DNA of 38,943 nt, taken from assembly GCA_021297975.1 (NCBI GenBank), contig JAJTHO010000053.1, positions 1 through 38,943 of the forward strand, in the 5' to 3' direction. Shown here piece after piece: positions 33,260 through 38,943 of this stretch. The notes below the pieces were generated by a model. That model ran no database searches and was not told the origin of the DNA. It saw only the letters and a program-made list of their open reading frames with translations. A program made the translations under genes and the position numbers. Position 1 is the stretch's first letter. Each line of letters starts with the position of its first letter. The DNA comes from Alphaproteobacteria bacterium (GTDB lineage: Bacteria; Pseudomonadota; Alphaproteobacteria; JAJTHO01).

Positions 33260-34507
33260 ATGATGAGCACTATGCCACCCGCACTGATTGGATCTGGGAA
33301 AGTTGATTTCTTAGCGTTTATTAACGACGGCGCTACGGAAGAAGTGATACATACCCTTATCAAGGACTACTGGCCTAGTGGTGTGCTCATCAGTGGTGGT
33401 ATTTTGGCAGCACTAAATGCCAATCACTCTGCCGCCTCTGTACCGCAGTTCGTTGTTATTGATATTTCTGATTCTGAGCGTCCGGATGTTGATATAGAAC
33501 GTGCTGTAAAAACATTTCATGGCGCCAAAGCGGTTGTTTTTATAGGCGATCGTAATGATGCAACGCTTTACAGAACCGTTATTAAAGCCGGCGGAACCGA
33601 CTATTTGTTAAAGCCGGTTGATGCTGGCGAGCTTTACTCAACACTTATTAATGCCTCACTAGCTGCAAGCTCTTATACTGATGCACCCGTTACTCAAAGC
33701 GGTAAATCGGATCAGCAGGCTAAGTTGATTACTGTTATTGGCGTGCATGGCGGCGTAGGTACATCGACTATTGCTGTAAACAGCGCCTATGAAATGGCGG
33801 AAAAATTTAACCATAACACCGCTATCATTGATCTTGATGTTCATTTTGGTACTGTTGCTCTTGCATTAAATAAAGAACCCAGCGTTGGTTTCCGTGATGC
33901 TTTAGAGTCTCCTAGCCGGGTAGACACGCTGTTTATCGAAAGCGCGCTGGTTTCGGTCACAGATAGACTGTCCGTTCTAGCAACAGAAGAGAGGCTAGAC
34001 GATTACGTCAAATACAACGGCGATGCGATAAACATGCTGGTTGAAAAAGTTTGTAACAACCGTGAATATGTATTTCTCGATACGCCGCGAACCTTGATTA
34101 TTCGTTTCCCGCAATTAGTAACAGAAGCAACGTTTGTTATTTTGGTGACTGATTTAACTATAGTTGGGCTGCGCGATGCAGTTACATTGCTTGAAAAGAT
34201 TCAGAATATTTCACCGGGAAAAGATGTTAAAGTCGTACTGAATGGTGTTCGGCAAAATGCAGACGGTCAAGTCTCTCTAAGGGATTTTGAAGCGGAAATT
34301 CGTCGACCGGTTTCTGTTGTTCTTCCGGATGCTCCTGAGTTTGTTGCCCGCGCGCTGAACGAAGGCAAGCCGGTTCGTGTTGTCGCGCCGCAGTCTAAAT
34401 TTATTAATCTATTAGATGTATTTTGTGCTGAGCTGGATGGTAGTGAACTCGATAAAACTACTGTATCGCCGATGCAAAAACTATTCAGCAAATTTGGTAA
34501 GAAATAG
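33260..34507 (+). CDS. cpaE: CpaE/TadZ: atypical receiver domain plus ParA/MinD-like ATPase domain
   Basis: The N-terminal receiver-like fold is ...FVVIDISDSE...DYLLKPVDAGEL. The P-loop region is LITVIGVHGGVGTSTIAVN. IIDLD and LVTDL are the Walker B-like segments. Confidence 0.85.
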   Translation: MMSTMPPALIGSGKVDFLAFINDGATEEVIHTLIKDYWPSGVLISGGILAALNANHSAASVPQFVVIDISDSERPDVDIERAVKTFHGAKAVVFIGDRNDATLYRTVIKAGGTDYLLKPVDAGELYSTLINASLAASSYTDAPVTQSGKSDQQAKLITVIGVHGGVGTSTIAVNSAYEMAEKFNHNTAIIDLDVHFGTVALALNKEPSVGFRDALESPSRVDTLFIESALVSVTDRLSVLATEERLDDYVKYNGDAINMLVEKVCNNREYVFLDTPRTLIIRFPQLVTEATFVILVTDLTIVGLRDAVTLLEKIQNISPGKDVKVVLNGVRQNADGQVSLRDFEAEIRRPVSVVLPDAPEFVARALNEGKPVRVVAPQSKFINLLDVFCAELDGSELDKTTVSPMQKLFSKFGKK

Positions 34508-34514
34508 GTGCGTT

Positions 34515-36359
34515 ATGGCAGATGATAACGATCGTTCTGGAAATTTTGATTTATCGCGGTTACGGCTTCGCCGTAATGAATCTAACAGCGCTGGCGCTGG
34601 TGTTCCAACCGCACCAGAAGCCCCAGCTGCACCTCAGCTGCGCTCTTCTGGTGCAACAGGAGAATCCTCAACCACTGCGCCTACCGCACCTTTAGCAACA
34701 ACTACACCCTCCCCTGTATCTCCTGCTTCCCAAGCGCCTACAGTGAGTGACCGCGGCACTCCTTCACCATCGCTTCTAGATGTTGCACGCAAGCATATCT
34801 TGCCGATTCTGGAAAAACGCATCAGTACAACTGAAGTAAAACAACAGCCTCGCGGTACGATTGCTCGAAAAGTGCAGCAAGTTCTCAGTGAATGGCTTGC
34901 CGCCACAGGTCAAGAGTTAAACCTTATTGATCAGCGGAACATGGTTACGTTTCTTGTGAACACCGTTTTTGAACGGGTTCGGAAAGAGTTTCCCGACGCC
35001 CGCACCGGCTCTGAAACAAGCCAAGCACTTGCTACCTCTCCTGATAACAAAATGAATCCACAAGTTGGGTATTCAGTCGGGTCTGTAAATCTACAGCACA
35101 AAGAAACCGTATTAAACGCCAAATCCAAAGTACAGCCTGTGTTGATGAATCGCATCGACACGACAGCTGCGGCAACGCTACCCCGGAATGAACTTCAGCG
35201 CCAAATTGAAGTTGTTATCGCCGAAATTTTGTTGGAGCAAAAAGTTCAGCTTAATAAACAGGAAAAACAAGAACTCGTTCAAGTTTTGCTCAATGACATG
35301 CTGGGTCTTGGCCCCCTTGAGCCGCTTCTCAATGACCCCACTATCACTGATATTATGGTGAACGGCCCCAATCAGACCTTTGTTGAAAAAAACGGAAAGC
35401 TTATTCTTACCGACGTTAAATTCCGGGACAACCAACATCTTATCAACATTTCTACGCGCATTGTGTCGGCGATTGGCCGCCGTGTTGATGAAAGCTCGCC
35501 CATGTGCGATGCGCGCCTTTTGGACGGGTCGCGCGTCAACATTGTCATTCCCCCCCTCGCAATTGATGGCCCCTCGTTGTCGATTCGAAAGTTCAGCAGT
35601 AAAGCTATAACCTTGCCTATGATGGTGCAAACGGGAAACCTGTCTGCTGAGATGGCCACAGTCTTGCAAATTGCGGGTCGTTGCCGCCTAAACATTATTA
35701 TTTCCGGCGGTACTGGCGCGGGGAAAACGACCCTGCTGAACGCTTTGTCTAACAACATCGGCGCTGACGAGCGTGTTGTAACAGTTGAAGATTCCGCCGA
35801 ATTAAAATTACAACAAGCACACGTAGTTCGTCTCGAGACGCGTGCGGCGAACTTAGAAGGTGATGGTGAAATAACCATTCGTGATTTGATCAAAAACGCG
35901 CTGCGGATGCGTCCTGACCGTATCATCGTCGGGGAGTGTCGCGGCGCTGAGATTATCGATATGTTGCAGGCTATGAACACGGGTCACGATGGATCCATGT
36001 CAACCATCCACGCTAACAACCCGCGCACCGCCCTTACCCGCATGGAAAACATGCTGAATATGGCTGGCTTTAACATGCCGGAAAAAGTCACCCGTTCGAT
36101 GATTTCATCCGCCGTAAACTTGATTGTGCAAATTTCCCGGATGCGCGACGGGGTTCGACGGATAAGCCACATCATGGAAGTGGTGGGGATGGAAGAAAGC
36201 ACTGTTATGTTTCAGGATTTGTTTTGGTATGAATTCCAGGAAGAGACCGCTGACGGCAAGTTGTTGGGGAAATACGTCTCATCTGGTTTGAGGCCACACT
36301 TTACCAAGCGTGCGGAATATTACGGCTTGTCTAAGCCGCTCATCGAAGCGATGGGTTAA
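34515..36359 (+). CDS. cpaF: Tad secretion ATPase CpaF/TadA with a long disordered N-terminal extension
   Basis: I set the start at ATG 34515, 8 nt after the cpaE stop. Walker A is GGTGAGKTT. The Asp box, Walker B (DRIIVGECRG) and His box (GHDGSMSTIHAN) are present. The first ~100 residues are Pro/Thr/Ser/Ala-rich. Confidence 0.9.
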   Translation: MADDNDRSGNFDLSRLRLRRNESNSAGAGVPTAPEAPAAPQLRSSGATGESSTTAPTAPLATTTPSPVSPASQAPTVSDRGTPSPSLLDVARKHILPILEKRISTTEVKQQPRGTIARKVQQVLSEWLAATGQELNLIDQRNMVTFLVNTVFERVRKEFPDARTGSETSQALATSPDNKMNPQVGYSVGSVNLQHKETVLNAKSKVQPVLMNRIDTTAAATLPRNELQRQIEVVIAEILLEQKVQLNKQEKQELVQVLLNDMLGLGPLEPLLNDPTITDIMVNGPNQTFVEKNGKLILTDVKFRDNQHLINISTRIVSAIGRRVDESSPMCDARLLDGSRVNIVIPPLAIDGPSLSIRKFSSKAITLPMMVQTGNLSAEMATVLQIAGRCRLNIIISGGTGAGKTTLLNALSNNIGADERVVTVEDSAELKLQQAHVVRLETRAANLEGDGEITIRDLIKNALRMRPDRIIVGECRGAEIIDMLQAMNTGHDGSMSTIHANNPRTALTRMENMLNMAGFNMPEKVTRSMISSAVNLIVQISRMRDGVRRISHIMEVVGMEESTVMFQDLFWYEFQEETADGKLLGKYVSSGLRPHFTKRAEYYGLSKPLIEAMG

Positions 36360-36364
36360 CATTT

Positions 36365-37345
36365 ATGAACATGCAAACCCTGATAATCTTTGGATGCTTG
36401 GCTACAGGGTTATTGCTTGTTGCCTATTTGGTCGGCCAACTGATGAGGAACCAGGATGGTCGCTATAAAAAGCGCATCAAAAATTCCATTACCACTCGTA
36501 AAACTGGCACTGCCATTGATGATAAAGATATCGCCTCTATAACACTTAACAGTGGGCCTACTGAGATTGATGATCTCTTGAAGGTTATAAAGGTTGATCC
36601 CATTGATATGCAAACGCGCTTAAAAAAAGCGGATTTGAAATTAAAGGTACAAGAATATTTTATACTTTCTTTGATGCTTGGAATTGGTGTTGCTAGCATC
36701 ATGATTTTGACTATCGGGTTGCCTCTTATCGCTGGGGTTGGCGGTGGACTTGTCGCTGCAATATTTCTTCCCAAAATGTATGTTGATGGCCGTATTGAAA
36801 AGCGCACGGCTACTTTCAACCGTTTACTTCCTGACGCCCTTGACATTATGGTGCGCGGGCTTCGCACCGGTTTGCCTTTATCCGAATGCATGCGCTCCGT
36901 TGCAAAAGATGCGCCGCATCCTGTTAATGAGGAATTCGCACGAATTCGCGATGATATGAAATTAGGTATTGAGCTCGGCGACGCGGTACGTAAAATGGCT
37001 GAACGTCTGAACACTCAGGAACTTAACTTTTTCTCTATTGCTATCAGCATTCAAGCCGATACCGGGGGAAACCTTACGGAAAACCTTGAAAATCTCTCTG
37101 ATGTGTTGCGTAAACGCCAACAAATCTACCGCATGATTAAAGCAAAATCTGCCGAGGCTGTTTGGACAGGGCGTATTCTTGCCGCATTGCCGTTTCTCGT
37201 TATTGGCGCCATCCAACTTACATCGCCGCAATACCTTGTTGTTATGTACACCAACACGACGGGTATAATCATTTCCATAGGCAGTTTTTTATGGCTGATG
37301 TTTGGTTTATTCACGATGCGGCGCATGACCCGCTTTGATTTTTAG
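36365..37345 (+). CDS. tadB: Tad inner-membrane platform protein TadB
   Basis: This is a T2SSF-type domain protein (LPDALDIMVRGLRTGLPLSECM) with an N-terminal TM helix and C-terminal TM helices. It lies directly after cpaF. Confidence 0.85.
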   Translation: MNMQTLIIFGCLATGLLLVAYLVGQLMRNQDGRYKKRIKNSITTRKTGTAIDDKDIASITLNSGPTEIDDLLKVIKVDPIDMQTRLKKADLKLKVQEYFILSLMLGIGVASIMILTIGLPLIAGVGGGLVAAIFLPKMYVDGRIEKRTATFNRLLPDALDIMVRGLRTGLPLSECMRSVAKDAPHPVNEEFARIRDDMKLGIELGDAVRKMAERLNTQELNFFSIAISIQADTGGNLTENLENLSDVLRKRQQIYRMIKAKSAEAVWTGRILAALPFLVIGAIQLTSPQYLVVMYTNTTGIIISIGSFLWLMFGLFTMRRMTRFDF

Positions 37346-37357
37346 GGAGGCCTTTGT

Positions 37358-38320
37358 ATGGACAGTAGCCTCATGACTACAATAGTTATCATTGTCGGTG
37401 TTGTAACACTATTGATGCTCGTTGTGTTTGCTTTTAATGCGCCTGGCAACACACCCAAAGCTCGCGTTCAAACTATTGCTAAACGCCGTGCTGAATTACA
37501 TGAAAATAAAGTAACTCGTGAAGTCGAGAAAAACCGTAAACGGGTTGTCAGCGATGATGCGGTCAATAATTTAGTTGCTCGCGTCTATGCTGATAAAGAC
37601 GAGCGGCTGAGTATTATCCAATCTAAGATGCTACAAGCGGGCGTTCGTGATCGGGGTGCGAGTGACAGGCATTTGTTCTATAAAATTGTATGGCTCGTGA
37701 TAATGCTGCTTGGCTCTGCAGTACTTATTTTCTTGGTATTTAAACCAGAGTACAGCCTACCATTAAAACTTATTGCGGTCGTTTTTGCTGGTTATATTGG
37801 TTTTCGTTTGCCTGATATACAGCTTGATAGCCGCATCAAAGAACGAACTCTCCCCATTCAAAAAGCCTTTCCCGATGCGCTTGATATGATGGTGGTGTGC
37901 GCAGAATCAGGCCTAGGGATTGATGCGACCTTGAAAAAAGTCAGCCAGGAAATTGCTTTGAGCAGTAAAGAACTCAGTGAGGAACTGGCGCTGTTACTCG
38001 TTGAGCTAAGCTTTTTTGAAGACAGAAAAGAAGCAATTAACAACCTTTCAAAACGAATTAACATTGATGCGGTGAAAGCCTTCTGTAACACACTAATTCA
38101 AACAGAAAAATTTGGTACACCGATATCGCAAACGCTGCGGGTGCTTTCTTCAGAATTTCGTAACGAACGCATGATGGCAGCTGAAACAAAAGCCGCACAA
38201 TTGCCGGTGAAAATGACGTTCCCAATTATGATGTGTATTCTGGTGCCGTTACTTGTAATATTGATATCACCCGCGATTCTTCAAGCCAGCGGGACGTTTA
38301 CCACAATGAACGGTAACTAG
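37358..38320 (+). CDS. tadC: Tad inner-membrane platform protein TadC
   Basis: This is a second T2SSF-type paralogue ([22 protein letters not shown]). GGGAGG lies 7 nt upstream of the ATG. Confidence 0.85.
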   Translation: MDSSLMTTIVIIVGVVTLLMLVVFAFNAPGNTPKARVQTIAKRRAELHENKVTREVEKNRKRVVSDDAVNNLVARVYADKDERLSIIQSKMLQAGVRDRGASDRHLFYKIVWLVIMLLGSAVLIFLVFKPEYSLPLKLIAVVFAGYIGFRLPDIQLDSRIKERTLPIQKAFPDALDMMVVCAESGLGIDATLKKVSQEIALSSKELSEELALLLVELSFFEDRKEAINNLSKRINIDAVKAFCNTLIQTEKFGTPISQTLRVLSSEFRNERMMAAETKAAQLPVKMTFPIMMCILVPLLVILISPAILQASGTFTTMNGN

Positions 38321-38352
38321 TAATAAAAAAAAATCCCGCTACAGTGCGCGAT

Positions 38353-38943
38353 ATGTCTTCTGTATTATTTTCTGGATCCCTTGCGCTCGCACAAGAACTG
38401 ATTCGTCATAAAAGCGTCACCCCTGATGGCGCGGGCTGTTTAGAGACCATCGCGGGCTGGCTTACAACGCTTGGTTTTCAATGTGAACGGCTGCGGTTTG
38501 GTGATGTGGATAATCTCTATGCTCGGCGCGGTACGGCCGCGCCAAATTTCTGCTTTGCCGGGCATGTGGATGTGGTTCCCGAAGGCGACAGCGCCGCCTG
38601 GACACACAATCCCTATGCCGGGGTGATGGAAGACGGTATTTTATGGGGACGCGGCGCGGCGGACATGAAAAGCGCGATTGCCGCTTTTATCAGCGCGGTT
38701 GCGGGGTTTGATGCACCGGTTAAAGGCTCTATCAGCCTGCTGCTCACCAGCGATGAAGAGGGCGCGGCGGTTAACGGCACGGTCAAGGTCTTGGAAACAC
38801 TGGCCGCACGCGGGGAAAAAATCGATTTTTGTCTGGTTGGTGAGCCGACTAATCCGGAAATACTTGGCCAGATGGCCAAAATTGGCCGCCGGGGCAGTCT
38901 GAACGGGGTTTTAACCGTGCAGGGCATTCAAGGGCATGTGGCC
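38353..38943 (+). CDS. dapE: Succinyl-diaminopimelate desuccinylase (5-prime part; continues beyond the window)
   Basis: The frame is open from ATG 38353 to the window end, and it is not in the ORF track because no stop is reached. Its 197 codons include the M20 motifs [21 protein letters not shown] and LLLTSDEEG. Confidence 0.85.
   Translation, partial: MSSVLFSGSLALAQELIRHKSVTPDGAGCLETIAGWLTTLGFQCERLRFGDVDNLYARRGTAAPNFCFAGHVDVVPEGDSAAWTHNPYAGVMEDGILWGRGAADMKSAIAAFISAVAGFDAPVKGSISLLLTSDEEGAAVNGTVKVLETLAARGEKIDFCLVGEPTNPEILGQMAKIGRRGSLNGVLTVQGIQGHVA

Overview
This 38.9 kb window looks like chromosomal DNA from a moderately GC-rich alphaproteobacterium-like genome. The evidence is a divergent tsaD/hemC pair and a hemC-hemD-Mic60-like-HemY_N-like gene order. 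Most of it is housekeeping: an AEC permease, a tsaD-gpsA-EVE operon, hemC/hemD, tRNA-Leu(UAG)-tig-clpP, a CbpA-like J-protein, and a partial dapE.

The features worth a second look are:

1. Four dispersed copies of a ~107-115 bp nested-palindromic intergenic repeat that looks like a MITE or REP element. Two inverted copies bracket a 2.5 kb cassette. That cassette holds a CI/LexA-like repressor, a palindromic operator inside back-to-back promoters, two small phage-type regulator ORFs and a pilin-like secreted protein.
2. A sigma-less partner-switching operon (STAS, RsbW-like kinase, receiver-PP2C phosphatase, stand-alone Hpt), with a soluble hybrid histidine kinase encoded nearby.
3. A split kdp system. 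kdpFAB lies on the minus strand and kdpCD on the plus strand 3.6 kb away, with no kdpE. A single ~7.4 kb inversion would explain this.
4. A 9.4 kb Tad/Cpa pilus island (cpaABCDEF-tadBC) that is clearly more AT-rich than its flanks. It has no Flp pilin or pseudopilin genes and carries an atypical CpaE P-loop.

No CRISPR array, rRNA gene or recognisable transposase is present. All family assignments come from reading motifs by eye, and no searches were run.
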